Shown: positions 1 through 10,480, counted from the stretch's first letter. The stretch is 64,000 nucleotides of DNA from Deltaproteobacteria bacterium RBG_16_64_85 (GCA_001798885.1 MGQW01000086.1:7079-71078), one strand, 5' to 3'. Translations and numbers: made by a program. The notes: a model not told the origin generated them from the sequence alone.

Positions 1-44
1 AAATCTGGTAGGCGGTTCGCGGGTTCCATTTTCGGAGGAATGAA

Positions 45-578
45 ATGTCCAGAATCGGCAAAGTGCCAGTGGTCCTACCTTCCGGGGTGACCGTGCAGGT
101 CCGGAACGGGATCATGATCGTTTCCGGAAAGAAGGGGAAGCTTTCCCGCCCCATCCCCGGTCCGGTGAAGGTGGACATTGCGGAGGGGCGGGTCGTATTG
201 TCGCTCGATTCGGCGGACCGGCGGAACCTGTACGGTATGTACCGGACCTTGGTAGCCAACATGGTCAAGGGCGTGACGGAAGGATTCACGAAAACCCTGG
301 AGATCGTCGGCGTAGGGTACAAGGCGGAAAGCCGGAAGGGAGTTCTTCACCTTTCCCTGGGGTATTCCCACCCCGTCGTTTTTCCCTTGCCGGAAGGGAT
401 CGGCGCCGAGGTGGAAGCCAGCACCGTGATCAAGGTCACCGGCATCGACAAGGAGCTGGTCGGGGAAACCGCGGCCAGGATCCGCTTGCTCCGGAAGCCG
501 GACGTCTACAAGCTGAAAGGGATCCGGTACCGCGGAGAGAGGCTGATCAAGAAGGTGGGCAAGGCGGCCGGCAAATAA
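45..578 (+). CDS. rplF: 50S ribosomal protein L6
   Basis: 177-aa [12 protein letters not shown]...; typical L6 N-terminus and length; sits in the spc operon order. Confidence 0.95.
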   Translation: MSRIGKVPVVLPSGVTVQVRNGIMIVSGKKGKLSRPIPGPVKVDIAEGRVVLSLDSADRRNLYGMYRTLVANMVKGVTEGFTKTLEIVGVGYKAESRKGVLHLSLGYSHPVVFPLPEGIGAEVEASTVIKVTGIDKELVGETAARIRLLRKPDVYKLKGIRYRGERLIKKVGKAAGK

Positions 579-627
579 CCCGGACCCACAAGATTTCAAG
601 GAATCCACAGACGGAGCAGCACGAGCC

Positions 628-996
628 ATGAGCCAGACCCATACGCGGGAAGTTGCACGTCAGAAGCGGAAGGCAAGAGTCCGGACAAGGATCTTCGGAA
701 CCGAGCAGCGTCCGCGCCTCTCCGTTTTCCGGAGCGCGAAGCACATTTACGCGCAGATCGTGGTCGATTCCACGGGATCGACGATCCTGGCGGCGTCGAC
801 GCTCAGCCCGGAAATCCGCGGCGAGATCGAGGGGCTGAAGAAGAGCGAAGCCGCGAAGAAAGTGGGGGAGCTTCTCGGGAGGAAGGCTTCCGAGAAGAAT
901 ATCCGGAGGGTGATTTTCGACAGGAACGGCTTTCTCTACCACGGGCGGATCAAGGCTCTCGCGGAAGGCGCACGGGAGTCAGGCCTGGAATTCTAA
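628..996 (+). CDS. rplR: 50S ribosomal protein L18
   Basis: 122 aa, Arg/Lys-rich N-terminus, follows L6 in canonical order. Confidence 0.95.
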   Translation: MSQTHTREVARQKRKARVRTRIFGTEQRPRLSVFRSAKHIYAQIVVDSTGSTILAASTLSPEIRGEIEGLKKSEAAKKVGELLGRKASEKNIRRVIFDRNGFLYHGRIKALAEGARESGLEF

Positions 997-1028
997 CGCG
1001 TTCGACGCGAGCGTACAGGGAGGAACGT

Positions 1029-1529
1029 TTGAAGAGAGTGAATCCGGAAGGTCTGGAGCTGAAGGACCGTGTCGTTCACATCAGCCGTGTGGCCAAGGTG
1101 GTCAAGGGCGGCCGGAGGTTCTCTTTCAGCGCCGTGGTCGTCGTGGGCGACGGGAACGGGCACGTCGGGACGGGGTTGGGAAAGGCGAACGAGGTCCCCG
1201 ACGCCATCCGCAAGGCGGTGCAGAACGCGAAGCGGGTGCTCGTCCAGGTCCCGCTGGTCAACGGCACGATCCCGTATGAAGTCCTGGGAGAGTATGGCGC
1301 GAGCCGGGTCGTGATCCGGCCGGCCTCTCCGGGGACCGGCGTCATCGCCGGCGGAGGGGTGCGTGCGGTCATCGAATCCGCGGGGATCTCGAACATTCTC
1401 ACCAAATCGCTCGGTAGCAACAATCCCCACAATCTCGTGAAAGCGACCATCCAGGGCTTGCGCCAGCTTCGGACTTCCGACCAGATCGCGGGGACGCGCG
1501 GACCGAAGGAAGAAGAGGCGTCCGCATGA
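1029..1529 (+). CDS. rpsE: 30S ribosomal protein S5
   Basis: 166 aa; [25 protein letters not shown]5 signature; TTG start (a GTG at 1038 is an alternative). Confidence 0.93.
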   Translation: MKRVNPEGLELKDRVVHISRVAKVVKGGRRFSFSAVVVVGDGNGHVGTGLGKANEVPDAIRKAVQNAKRVLVQVPLVNGTIPYEVLGEYGASRVVIRPASPGTGVIAGGGVRAVIESAGISNILTKSLGSNNPHNLVKATIQGLRQLRTSDQIAGTRGPKEEEASA

Positions 1530-1720
1530 GCGGGACATTGAAGATCACGCTGACGCGGGGCCTGAGCGGCCGGCCCGAGTCCCATCGCCGGGTGGTCAAG
1601 GGCCTGGGGCTGACGCGCGTGAACCGGTCTGTAATCCGCAAGAACACCCCGGAAATCCGCGGAATGGTGGAAAAGGTCAAGTTCCTTCTCCGGGTGGAGG
1701 AAACGGGAGAGTCCAGATGA
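1526..1720 (+). CDS. rpmD: 50S ribosomal protein L30
   Basis: 64 aa; ATGA overlap with rpsE stop; L30-like [11 protein letters not shown]. Confidence 0.9.
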   Translation: MSGTLKITLTRGLSGRPESHRRVVKGLGLTRVNRSVIRKNTPEIRGMVEKVKFLLRVEETGESR

Positions 1721-2166
1721 AGCTTTCCGATTTGCGTCCCCCAAAGGGGTCCACGAGCGCGAAGAAGCGGCTCGGCCGCGGGCAGGGGTCCGGCCTGGGG
1801 CAAACCTCGGGTAAAGGGCACAAGGGATTGCGCGCCCGCAGCGGAGGCGGCACGAAGCCGGGATATGAAGGCGGGCAGATGCCGCTGCAGAGACGCCTTC
1901 CGAAACGGGGGTTCGTCAACGTCTTCCGGAAGGAATACGCCATCATCCACGTGAAGGACCTGAACCGGTTCGACGCCGGGTCGGTTGTGGACGTCGACGC
2001 ACTCCAGGCCGCCGGCCTTGTCAAGAAGGTCGTGGACGGAGTGAAGCTGCTGGCCGACGGGGACGTTGACCGTCCGTTGTCGGTGAAGGTCGACAAGGCG
2101 AGCCGCGCTGCCGCCGGGAAGGTGACCGCCGCGGGCGGGACGCTGGAGGTGACCGTTCCTTGCTGA
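1717..2166 (+). CDS. rplO: 50S ribosomal protein L15
   Basis: 149 aa; Gly/Arg-rich N-terminus ([18 protein letters not shown]), ATGA overlap with rpmD. Confidence 0.95.
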   Translation: MKLSDLRPPKGSTSAKKRLGRGQGSGLGQTSGKGHKGLRARSGGGTKPGYEGGQMPLQRRLPKRGFVNVFRKEYAIIHVKDLNRFDAGSVVDVDALQAAGLVKKVVDGVKLLADGDVDRPLSVKVDKASRAAAGKVTAAGGTLEVTVPC

Positions 2167-3467
2167 CCGGCTTCCAGAACATCACCAAGGTCCCCGAACT
2201 CAAGAAACGGATCCTGGTCACCTGCGCCTTGCTGATCGTGTATCGGATCGGCGTCTACATCCCCACTCCGGGGATCGACAACCAGGCGCTCTCCTCGATC
2301 TTCGCGAGCCAGTCGGGAACCCTCTTCGGGCTGATCGACATGTTCTCGGGGGGGGCGCTCAGCCGCTTCTCCATCTTCACCCTCGGGATCATGCCGTACA
2401 TCAGCGCCTCGATCATCCTTCAACTGCTGACCGTCGTGATCCCCCAGCTGGAAAAGCTGTCCAAGGAGGGGGAGCTCGGGCGGCGGAAGATCACCCAATA
2501 TACCCGGTACGGAACGATCGTCCTCTCCATCATCCAGGGGACGGGGATCGCTGTGGGGCTCGAGAGCGTCGGATCGGGCGGCGCGTCCGTAGTCTATCAA
2601 CCCGGCTGGGGGTTCCGGCTGCTCACGGTCATCACGCTGACCTCGGGGACGGCCTTCATCATGTGGCTCGGCGAGCAGATCACCGAGCGGGGGATCGGGA
2701 ACGGCATCTCCCTCATCATCTTCGCCGGCATCGTCGCGAGGTTCCCCAGCGGGCTCGTCCGGACCATGACGCTGATCCGCACGGGCGAAATGCCATTCTT
2801 CATCGGGCTCCTCATCCTCGCTCTTATGGTGGCGGTTGTCGGGCTCATCATCTACTTCGAGCGGGCCCACCGGAGAATCCCAGTGCAATATGCGCGCAGG
2901 ATTGTCGGCCGGAAGGTTTACGGCGGCCAGAGCACGCACCTGCCGCTGAAGGTGAACACGGCAGGGGTCATTCCGCCGATCTTCGCGTCGTCGATTCTTC
3001 TTTTCCCGGCGACCCTGGCCAATTTCATCAACCATCCCGTCACCCAGTCGATTTCCCAGGCGCTGACGCCCGGCAGCTGGGCATACGAGAGCCTTTACGT
3101 CGCCTTCATCATTTTTTTCTGCTATTTCTACACTGCCGTCACCTTCAACCCCGTCGACGTCGCCGACAACATGAAGAAATACGGGGGGTTCGTCCCCGGG
3201 ATCCGGCCCGGGAAGAAGACCGCCGAGTACATCGACCGGATCCTGACGCGCATCACGCTGGGCGGGGCCCTCTACGTGGCGGTCATCTGCGTGCTTCCGA
3301 GCATTCTCATCTCGCGTTTCAACGTTCCGTTCTACTTCGGCGGGACGGGGCTGTTGATCGTAGTGGGGGTGGCCATGGACACGATTCAGCAGATCGAATC
3401 CCACCTGATCACCCGTCACTATGAGGGATTCCTCAAGAAGGGCCAAATCAAAGGGAGGAGGAGCTAA
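2160..3467 (+). CDS. secY: preprotein translocase subunit SecY
   Basis: 435 aa polytopic membrane protein in the canonical position after rplO. Confidence 0.95.
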   Translation: MLTGFQNITKVPELKKRILVTCALLIVYRIGVYIPTPGIDNQALSSIFASQSGTLFGLIDMFSGGALSRFSIFTLGIMPYISASIILQLLTVVIPQLEKLSKEGELGRRKITQYTRYGTIVLSIIQGTGIAVGLESVGSGGASVVYQPGWGFRLLTVITLTSGTAFIMWLGEQITERGIGNGISLIIFAGIVARFPSGLVRTMTLIRTGEMPFFIGLLILALMVAVVGLIIYFERAHRRIPVQYARRIVGRKVYGGQSTHLPLKVNTAGVIPPIFASSILLFPATLANFINHPVTQSISQALTPGSWAYESLYVAFIIFFCYFYTAVTFNPVDVADNMKKYGGFVPGIRPGKKTAEYIDRILTRITLGGALYVAVICVLPSILISRFNVPFYFGGTGLLIVVGVAMDTIQQIESHLITRHYEGFLKKGQIKGRRS

Positions 3468-3471
3468 GCCG

Positions 3472-4122
3472 ATGCTGGGAATCATCCTGCTGGGGCCTCC
3501 GGGCGCAGGAAAGGGAACTCAGGCGAAAAGGATCTCCGCGCAGTTCTCGATCCCGCAGATTTCCACGGGCGATATGCTGCGCGAAGCCGTGAAGAACGGG
3601 ACGGAGATGGGACGGCAGGCCAAGACGTACATGGACCAGGGCGGCCTCGTCCCGGACAAGGTGGTCATCGGGATCGTGAAGGACCGGCTGCAGGCGCAAG
3701 ACTGCAGGAACGGGTTCATCCTCGACGGTTTTCCACGGACGATCCCGCAGGCCGAAGCCCTCGAACTCGCGACGAAGGACCTGAAAAAGGAGATCCGCGT
3801 GGTCCTCTCCCTCGAGGTCGACGAGAAGGAGCTGATGGAGCGGCTGTGCGGACGCAGGACCTGCACGGGATGCGGGGCCATGTATCATATAAAGTTCAAC
3901 CCGCCGAAGGCCGAGGGGAAGTGCGACAAGTGCGGGACGGCCCTCATTCAGCGAGATGACGACAAGGAAGAGACGATCCTGTCGAGGCTCGTGAACTACA
4001 AGAAGATGACCGAGCCGCTGCTCCAGTACTACAAGGGAAGCGGCAAGATCCGTTCCGTCCGGGCCACCGGGGACATCGACGCGATCTACGCGAGCATCGC
4101 GAAGATCCTCCAGGTGCCATGA
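3472..4122 (+). CDS. adk: adenylate kinase (Zn-binding lid type)
   Basis: MLGIILLGPPGAGKGTQ P-loop; CxxC...CxxC lid (CTGCG...CDKCG); ATG at 3472 chosen over the upstream in-frame extension. Confidence 0.93.
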   Translation: MLGIILLGPPGAGKGTQAKRISAQFSIPQISTGDMLREAVKNGTEMGRQAKTYMDQGGLVPDKVVIGIVKDRLQAQDCRNGFILDGFPRTIPQAEALELATKDLKKEIRVVLSLEVDEKELMERLCGRRTCTGCGAMYHIKFNPPKAEGKCDKCGTALIQRDDDKEETILSRLVNYKKMTEPLLQYYKGSGKIRSVRATGDIDAIYASIAKILQVP

Positions 4123-4868
4123 TCATCATCAAATCGCCTCAGGAGATCGAGGCGATGCGGCGCGCGGGCGCCATCGTGGGACAGTTCTTTGAAGAAGTGA
4201 AATCGATGATCCGGCCGGGGAGCACGACGTTCGCCCTCGAGGAGTTCGCAGAGGAGTTCGTGCAGCGGCACGGTGTCAAGGGGGCCTTCAAGGGATATCT
4301 GGGATACCCCGCGATCCTGTGCACCTCCATCAACGAGGAGGTCGTCCACGGGATCCCTTCCAGGAAGAGGATCCTGCGCGAGGGGGACATCGTGAGCATC
4401 GATTTCGGGGTCGTGCGGGACGTCTACTGTGGCGATGCAGCGAGAACCTACGCCGTCGGGAGCATCCCTGAAACCTCCATGAAGTTGATGCGAGCGACGG
4501 AGGTGGCGCTCGAGAGGGCGATCGAGGCCTCCCACCCGGGGAACCGCGTCGGCGACATTTCGGCTGCCGTCCAGGAAACGGCGGAAGGCGCGGGTTTCTC
4601 CGTCGTGCGGGATTTCGTGGGCCACGGGATCGGCCGAATGCTTCACGAGGAGCCCCAGGTTCCCAACTTCGGCGTTCGCGGGACGGGCCCCCGGCTCACC
4701 TCCGGAATGGTCCTGGCGATCGAGCCCATGGTGAACGAGGGGGGATACGAGGTCGAGGTTCTCCCGGACGGCTGGACGGTGGTCACCCGGGACCGCAAGC
4801 GGTCGGCGCATTTCGAGCACATGGTCGCGGTGACGGAAGAGGGCGGTAAAATCCTGAGCCTCCCCTGA
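4119..4868 (+). CDS. map: type I methionine aminopeptidase
   Basis: 249 aa; conserved MAP motifs (DIVSIDFG, HGIG); ATGA overlap with adk. Confidence 0.93.
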   Translation: MIIIKSPQEIEAMRRAGAIVGQFFEEVKSMIRPGSTTFALEEFAEEFVQRHGVKGAFKGYLGYPAILCTSINEEVVHGIPSRKRILREGDIVSIDFGVVRDVYCGDAARTYAVGSIPETSMKLMRATEVALERAIEASHPGNRVGDISAAVQETAEGAGFSVVRDFVGHGIGRMLHEEPQVPNFGVRGTGPRLTSGMVLAIEPMVNEGGYEVEVLPDGWTVVTRDRKRSAHFEHMVAVTEEGGKILSLP

Positions 4869-4895
4869 AAACGCGGGAGCGGAGCAAAGGAGAAG

Positions 4896-5114
<219 letters not shown>

Positions 5115-5126
5115 AAGGGGCGAGCG

Positions 5127-5240
5127 ATGAAGGTCAGGCCGTCGGTGCGAAAGATGTGCGCAAAGTGCAAGGTGGTGCGAAGGAAAGGCGTCGTCCGCAT
5201 TATTTGCGAGAATCCAAAACACAAACAGCGCCAGGGATAG
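5127..5240 (+). CDS. rpmJ: 50S ribosomal protein L36 (zinc-ribbon C-x2-C-x12-C-x4-H form)
   Basis: Not in the ORF track (below its minimum size); hand-translated as [37 protein letters not shown] between infA and rpsM. Confidence 0.9.
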   Translation: MKVRPSVRKMCAKCKVVRRKGVVRIICENPKHKQRQG

Positions 5241-5276
5241 CCGCGGGGCGCCGTCCACGAACGTGAGGAGGAGAAG

Positions 5277-5660
5277 TTGGCACGCATAGCAGGAGTCGAC
5301 ATTCCGAAGAGCAAGAAGATCGTGGCCGCGCTGACCTACATCTACGGCATCGGCCCGACGACCTCGATGAAGATCCTGGAGGAAGCGCGGGTGTCCCCCG
5401 ACACGAGGACGAACACCCTGACGGAGGACCAGGTTGCCCGGATCCGCGACGTCATCGACGCGAATTTCCGGGTGGAAGGGGACCTGCGAAAGGAAGTGTC
5501 GATGAACATCAAGCGGCTCATGGATCTGGGCACCTACCGGGGGCTGCGGCACCGCAAGGGCCTGCCGGCCCGCGGGCAGCGGACCCACACGAACGCCCGG
5601 ACACGGAAGGGACCGCGCAAGGGCGCGGTAGCCAGGAAGAAGGAAGCCCCCAAGAAATAA
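5277..5660 (+). CDS. rpsM: 30S ribosomal protein S13
   Basis: TTG start, [10 protein letters not shown]... classic S13 N-terminus. Confidence 0.95.
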   Translation: MARIAGVDIPKSKKIVAALTYIYGIGPTTSMKILEEARVSPDTRTNTLTEDQVARIRDVIDANFRVEGDLRKEVSMNIKRLMDLGTYRGLRHRKGLPARGQRTHTNARTRKGPRKGAVARKKEAPKK

Positions 5661-5705
5661 GCAAGGGAACTTTTTCCCGTGGTGACGCGGGAATCCGGAG
5701 GAACG

Positions 5706-6095
5706 ATGGCAATCCCGAAGAGAAAAGGGAAGAGGAAGGTCCGGAAAAGCGTTCCGGTGGGCGTGGCCCACATCAAGGCGACCTTCAACAACACGATCAT
5801 CACGATCACGGACCCGGACGGGAACACCCTCGCGTGGTGCAGCTCGGGGTCGAAGGGATTCAAGGGGTCGAGGAAAAGCACCCCCTTTGCCGCGACGGTC
5901 GCTGCGGAGGAAGTGGCCAAGAAGGCGATGGAGTACGGCGTCAACACCGTCTCCGTCCACATCAAGGGGCCCGGTTCCGGAAGGGAAGCCGCGTTGCGGA
6001 CCCTCCAGGCGGCCGGCCTGAAGATCAACTATATCCGGGACGTGACGCCGATCCCGCACAACGGATGCCGCCCGCCGAAGCGGCGCCGCGTGTGA
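5706..6095 (+). CDS. rpsK: 30S ribosomal protein S11
   Basis: ATG at 5706 after a GGAGG RBS (the ORF-track start 5679 is an upstream GTG extension); [18 protein letters not shown]11 signature. Confidence 0.93.
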   Translation: MAIPKRKGKRKVRKSVPVGVAHIKATFNNTIITITDPDGNTLAWCSSGSKGFKGSRKSTPFAATVAAEEVAKKAMEYGVNTVSVHIKGPGSGREAALRTLQAAGLKINYIRDVTPIPHNGCRPPKRRRV

Positions 6096-6129
6096 ACCAG
6101 GGCGGAACAGAGAAAGAGGAGGACAGGAT

Positions 6130-6756
6130 TTGGCCAGGTATCGCGAGGCGGTATGCCGGCTCTGCCGGAGAGAGGGTATCGAACTCTACCTGAAAGGAGA
6201 CCGTTGCTTCACCGACAAGTGCGCCATCAAGCGGAGGGGATATCCCCCCGGCCAGCACGGTCAACGACGTCCCAAGCACAGCGATTATGGCGTTCAGCTG
6301 CGGGAGAAGCAGAAGGCCAAGCGGATCTACGGGCTCCTGGAAAAGCAGTTCCGGAATGTTTTCGAAAAAGCGGATCGGATGAAGGGCAAGACCGGCGATA
6401 ATCTGCTGATCCTTCTGGAGCGCCGTCTGGACAACGTCGTCTACAAGCTCGGGTTCGCGGTGACCCGGAGGGAGAGCCGCCAGATGGTCCGGCACGGCCA
6501 TTTCCTGGTGGGGGGGCGCAAGGTGAATATTCCGTCCTTCCTCGTCCGCCCCGGGGACGGGATCGAGCTCCTGGAAAAGAGCCGCAAGAACCCTTCCGTC
6601 AACGAGTCGCTGGATGCGGTGGTCCGCAAGGGGATCCCGCCCTGGCTGGAGCTGGACCGGGAGAACTTCCGCGGTTCGGTCAAGGCGCTCCCCAGCCGGG
6701 CGGAGATCAGGGAACCGATCCAGGAACAGTTGATCGTCGAACTTTACTCGAAGTAA
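6130..6756 (+). CDS. rpsD: 30S ribosomal protein S4
   Basis: [16 protein letters not shown]... zinc-finger type S4 N-terminus; 208 aa. Confidence 0.95.
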   Translation: MARYREAVCRLCRREGIELYLKGDRCFTDKCAIKRRGYPPGQHGQRRPKHSDYGVQLREKQKAKRIYGLLEKQFRNVFEKADRMKGKTGDNLLILLERRLDNVVYKLGFAVTRRESRQMVRHGHFLVGGRKVNIPSFLVRPGDGIELLEKSRKNPSVNESLDAVVRKGIPPWLELDRENFRGSVKALPSRAEIREPIQEQLIVELYSK

Positions 6757-6784
6757 AACCTTCCGGACGGAAGAAGGGGGAAGC

Positions 6785-7792
6785 ATGTTCCAGCGGAACT
6801 GGAAGCAATTGATCAAGCCGCGCCGCATCGAGATTCAGACCGATTCGGCGACCGCCGAGTACGGAAAATTCGTGGCGGAGCCACTGGAAAGGGGATACGG
6901 AACCACCCTGGGGAACGCTCTCCGCAGGATCCTCCTCTCCTCCCTCCAGGGAGCGGCGATTACATCGGTCCGCATCGAGGGGGTCCAGCACGAGTTCTCC
7001 ACAATCGTGGGAGTGGTGGAGGACGTCACCGACATCGTTCTCAACCTGAAGGAGATCCGTCTTCGGATGCACTCGCCCGAGCCCCGCACGATCACCTTGG
7101 GGGCGAAGGGCCCCAAGCGGGTCAAAGCGTCGGATATGCAGGCCGATCCGATGGTCGAAATTCTGAACAAGGACCGCCATATCGCGGAGCTGTCGGAGAA
7201 CGCGACGCTCAAGATGGAGATCTCCGTGCGGATGGGGAAGGGGTACGTTCCCGCGGAGCGGAACCTCGAGGAAAACGCGCCGATCGGGACCATCCCCATC
7301 GACGCCATCTTTTCCCCCATCCGGAAGGTCAATTTCACCGTGACGAACGCGCGCGTCGGTCAGCAGACGGACTACGACCGCCTCCTCCTGGAAGTGTGGA
7401 CCGACGGATCCGTCCTGCCGGCGGATGCGGTCGCCTATGCGGCGAAGATTCTGAAGGACCAGGCGACCGTGTTCATCAACTTCGACGAAGAGGCCGAAAT
7501 GCCGGACGAGCCCGCGCACCTGGAAGCGGGGGCCATCAACGAGAATCTCTATAAGCCGGTGGAGGAGCTGGAGCTTTCCGTCCGCGCCTACAACTGTCTG
7601 AAGAATGCCGACATCAAGTACATCGGCGAGCTTGTGCAGCGGAGCGAGCAGGAGATGCTCAAGACGAAGAACTTCGGGAAGAAGAGCCTGAACGAGATCA
7701 AGGAAGTGCTGCACGGAATGGGGCTCTCCCTGGGGATGAAGGTGGAAAGCTTTGCGCCGGAGAAGTTCAGTCCGCCGAGGGAAGAAGACTAA
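6785..7792 (+). CDS. rpoA: DNA-directed RNA polymerase alpha subunit
   Basis: 335 aa; N-terminal assembly domain plus C-terminal alphaCTD ([23 protein letters not shown]). Confidence 0.95.
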   Translation: MFQRNWKQLIKPRRIEIQTDSATAEYGKFVAEPLERGYGTTLGNALRRILLSSLQGAAITSVRIEGVQHEFSTIVGVVEDVTDIVLNLKEIRLRMHSPEPRTITLGAKGPKRVKASDMQADPMVEILNKDRHIAELSENATLKMEISVRMGKGYVPAERNLEENAPIGTIPIDAIFSPIRKVNFTVTNARVGQQTDYDRLLLEVWTDGSVLPADAVAYAAKILKDQATVFINFDEEAEMPDEPAHLEAGAINENLYKPVEELELSVRAYNCLKNADIKYIGELVQRSEQEMLKTKNFGKKSLNEIKEVLHGMGLSLGMKVESFAPEKFSPPREED

Positions 7793-7818
7793 AACACTCC
7801 ACGACACGAGGAAGCACC

Positions 7819-8376
7819 ATGCGTCACGCGATCGATCACAGGAAACTGGGCCGGAATCCCTCCCATCGGAAAGCGATGTTGCGGAACCTCATGAATTCCC
7901 TGATCCACTCGGAGCGGATCGAGACCACCGTCGCGCGGGCGAAGGAGCTCCGGCGCATCGCGGACCGGCTGATCACTCTCGGGAAGAGGAACACGACACA
8001 CGCGAGAAGGCACGTATTTTCCCTGCTGAGCGACAAGGAGAACACGGAGAAACTGTTCTCCGGCCTGGCAGGGCGTTTCTCGGATCGCGCGGGCGGTTAC
8101 ACGCGAATCGTCCGCACCGGCTTCCGCAGCGGAGACGGCGCGGAGATGGCCCTTCTGGAGTATCTCCCCGTCGAGGAGAAGAAGGCGGGGGCGCGGAAGG
8201 GAAGGAAAAAGAAACCGGTTTTGGGGAAAGAGAAGGCGGCGGCGAAAGGAAAAGCCGTAAAGGCTGCGGCCGGGAAGAAGAAAGCCGCAAAGGCATCGCC
8301 CGGGAAACCCGAAGGGGAGGAATCCCCTCGCAGGAAGGCGTCGAAGAAGAAAAAGCCGGAAGCGGAAAACCCGTAA
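7819..8376 (+). CDS. rplQ: 50S ribosomal protein L17 with ~65-aa Lys/Ala-rich C-terminal extension
   Basis: MRHAIDHRKLGRNPSHRKAM... L17 core of ~118 aa, followed by KKAGARKGRKKKPVLGKEKAAAKGKAVKAAAGKKKAAKA... tail. Confidence 0.93.
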   Translation: MRHAIDHRKLGRNPSHRKAMLRNLMNSLIHSERIETTVARAKELRRIADRLITLGKRNTTHARRHVFSLLSDKENTEKLFSGLAGRFSDRAGGYTRIVRTGFRSGDGAEMALLEYLPVEEKKAGARKGRKKKPVLGKEKAAAKGKAVKAAAGKKKAAKASPGKPEGEESPRRKASKKKKPEAENP

Positions 8377-8387
8377 GGCGGCAGGGG

Positions 8388-9122
8388 TCAGAAGCCGAGG
8401 CGGTGGAGGAAGTACGGCATCTGCCGTCGCCACCACGGCCAGTCGTGGTTCACGTCGTGTCCCCAGATGTCCACCCAGCACCAGATCTGTTTTTCGTCAA
8501 GAATTTGCTTGAGGGCGAGCGTGTCCGCAAGCATCTCGTCTTCCCACGCCCCTTGTCCTGCGCACACGACGATCCTGCTGTTCCGGTATCGGTCCAGATA
8601 CCAGGGGTCGGCCAGCCCCGGGAGATAGGCGAGGGGCGTATTGAAATAGATGTTGTCGTCCATGTAGTCGCCGACAAACCGGCGGAGCTGGTAGACGCCG
8701 CTCAAGGCGATCAGGGCGTCGAAGAGATCGGGGTGGCGGAAAAAGAAATTCGCCGAATGGTATCCCCCCATGCTGCACCCCGTTGAAAGGAACCGCTTGC
8801 GGTGCCCGCGGTCACGGACGAACGGGACGACTTCTTCCACGATGTAGCGGTCGTATTCATTGTGCCGGCGGGCCCGATCCGCCGGATGGGCCTCGAAGTT
8901 GAGCCAGGATTGGCGATCCAAGCTATCCACGGCGACCAGGAAGATCTTCCCCGCCTCCACGAAGGGCCTGCAGGCTTCCACCATGCCGAAGTCCTCGTAT
9001 TCGTAGAAGCGCCCTCCGGCCGAGGGGAACGCGAGGACCGGTTTACCGCCATGGCCGTACACCTTCAGCTCCATATCCTGGCCCAGGTTCCTGCTCCACC
9101 ATTTGTGGTATTCGACGTTCAT
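8388..9122 (-). CDS. alpha/beta-hydrolase esterase (PF00756 'putative esterase' / esterase D-Fes-like family)
   Basis: Minus-strand ORF; start chosen at MNVEYHKWW (ATG 9122) inside the longer tracked ORF; GCSMGG nucleophile elbow (GxSxG). Confidence 0.7.
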   Translation of the reverse strand: MNVEYHKWWSRNLGQDMELKVYGHGGKPVLAFPSAGGRFYEYEDFGMVEACRPFVEAGKIFLVAVDSLDRQSWLNFEAHPADRARRHNEYDRYIVEEVVPFVRDRGHRKRFLSTGCSMGGYHSANFFFRHPDLFDALIALSGVYQLRRFVGDYMDDNIYFNTPLAYLPGLADPWYLDRYRNSRIVVCAGQGAWEDEMLADTLALKQILDEKQIWCWVDIWGHDVNHDWPWWRRQMPYFLHRLGF

Positions 9123-9144
9123 GCGGGTTCCTGCGGGATTCGTC

Positions 9145-10308
9145 TCACTTCGTCTCGTGGATGAAACGGGCAACCTCAAGAATTTCCTCCAGGCTCGCGG
9201 AGCGCGCAAGGTAACCGCAATCTCCGATTGCGGCCCGGAAAACGGAGTGGATCTCCTCGTAATGCACGATGCAATGTCCGAACGCGGCAAGGATATCCCC
9301 GTGGCTGCGTGTGTAGCTTTTCCCGCGTTTCCTGCCGATATAGCCGCAATGGTAGGGGCGGCTGGCGGTAGCGGTAAATTCGTTGCGCACCACGACGCTT
9401 GCCCACTGGTGGTAGATATCGATGTCGTTCGCGTAGTTGAACATGTCCGTGGTCAAACCTCCCGGGGGACGCAGGTTGACCTCCAGGGCGACGATGCGCG
9501 CATCCCGGTTTGTCCGGAAGAATTCGAAGTGGAAGAAACGCTCCCGCACGCCGAACGCCTTCAGCACGCACCGGCCGGCCGCCTCCAGGTCCGCGGGGAT
9601 CTTCCTGAGGGAGTAGTAGTAGAGATGCTCGTCGTTGTTGACCGCTTCCATGACCCCCTGACTGTAAGCGTGGGCAGCGTAGAACACCAGGTTGCCGTCC
9701 TTGTCCGTGAGACCGTCGAAGGAGTAGATCCGCCCGTCGATGAACTCCTCCAGGAGGTAGTCCGTCGGCGGTTTCCGTGAGAAGAAACGCTCGAGCTCCG
9801 CTTCGCACGTTACCTTGTAGGTCGCGATGGCGCCGACGCCGACGTCGGGCTTGGCGACGATGGGGTAGCCCGTCTCCCTCGCGAACCGTTTTCCTTCTTC
9901 CACGGTGCGCGCGATGACGCCGCGTGCGACCGCGACCCCCGCGCTTCGGAACATGGCTTTCATCCGGGATTTCGATTTGACGGAGGCGATGTCCTCCCTC
10001 CGGATCCCGAACAGGTTGAAATCCGTGCGGAGACGGGCCTCCGTCTCCAGCCAGTACTCGTTGTGCGAGTCGATCCGGTCGAGTTTCCCGTGCCTCTGGG
10101 TGAAGTAGCCGCAGCCCCGGAGGAGCTGGTCGTAATTGTGCAGGTCGTCCACCCGGTAGTAATCGCACAGGGCCTCTCTCAACTCGGGGCGCAGCGAGTC
10201 GTGCGGCGGATCCGCAAGCCCCAGCACGTTGGCGCCGAGGCGGCGAAGGTGGACGCAGAAGAGGTAATAATTTGGGGGAAAATGGGGGGATAGATAGATA
10301 AAATTCAT
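9145..10308 (-). CDS. ATP-grasp domain carboxylate-amine ligase family protein
   Basis: Start at MNFIYLSPHF (ATG 10308); central ATP-grasp motifs (GYPIVAKPDVGVGAIATY..., LLEEFIDG, ALEVNLRPPGG); the upstream 5' extension in the tracked ORF overlaps fur and is rejected. Confidence 0.7.
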   Translation of the reverse strand: MNFIYLSPHFPPNYYLFCVHLRRLGANVLGLADPPHDSLRPELREALCDYYRVDDLHNYDQLLRGCGYFTQRHGKLDRIDSHNEYWLETEARLRTDFNLFGIRREDIASVKSKSRMKAMFRSAGVAVARGVIARTVEEGKRFARETGYPIVAKPDVGVGAIATYKVTCEAELERFFSRKPPTDYLLEEFIDGRIYSFDGLTDKDGNLVFYAAHAYSQGVMEAVNNDEHLYYYSLRKIPADLEAAGRCVLKAFGVRERFFHFEFFRTNRDARIVALEVNLRPPGGLTTDMFNYANDIDIYHQWASVVVRNEFTATASRPYHCGYIGRKRGKSYTRSHGDILAAFGHCIVHYEEIHSVFRAAIGDCGYLARSASLEEILEVARFIHETK

Positions 10309-10374
10309 CGTTTTATGAAAGGTAACCCCGCAGTTTTCATCCGTCAAGTCAAGCCCACGATGGACAGATTCCGC

Positions 10375-10427
10375 TTGACGCTCGGGGAATGCGTCCCTAT
10401 AATGAAAATGAAAATCATATTCAATAT
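10375..10427 (+). promoter_or_regulatory. sigma70 promoter (-35 TTGACG 10375-10380, 17-nt spacer, -10 TATAAT 10398-10403) with overlapping Fur box (~10399-10427, AATGAAAATGAAAATCATATTCAAT)
   Basis: Direct read of the intergenic sequence; Fur box matches the GATAATGATAATCATTATC consensus in most positions; lies ~55 nt upstream of the fur GTG. Confidence 0.6.
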
Positions 10428-10480
10428 GGAGTCCATCCCTTCCCTTGGAACGTCTTTTACGGCGTATCGATAAGGAGATT

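Noticed and set aside
1677-3485. 602-aa minus-strand ORF antisense to rplO/secY. Similar very long antisense ORFs occur at 4086-6059, 10840-12933, 14762-16366, 19044-20636, 22705-24177, 28231-29862, 34092-36227, 38242-39795 and 43764-47216.
   Set aside because: All lie opposite well-supported conserved + strand genes. High GC depletes stop codons, so long antisense ORFs are expected. Their translations are low-complexity, Arg/Pro/Gly-rich, with no recognisable domains.
10445-10480. TTG start for fur giving a 12-aa N-terminal extension; also the 489-aa version of the minus-strand ATP-grasp ORF reaching to 10614
   Set aside because: The GTG at 10481 has an AAGGAG RBS at correct spacing and yields a normal-length Fur. 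The long ATP-grasp version would run antisense through the fur promoter and coding region. The ATG at 10308 begins the conserved N-terminal domain.
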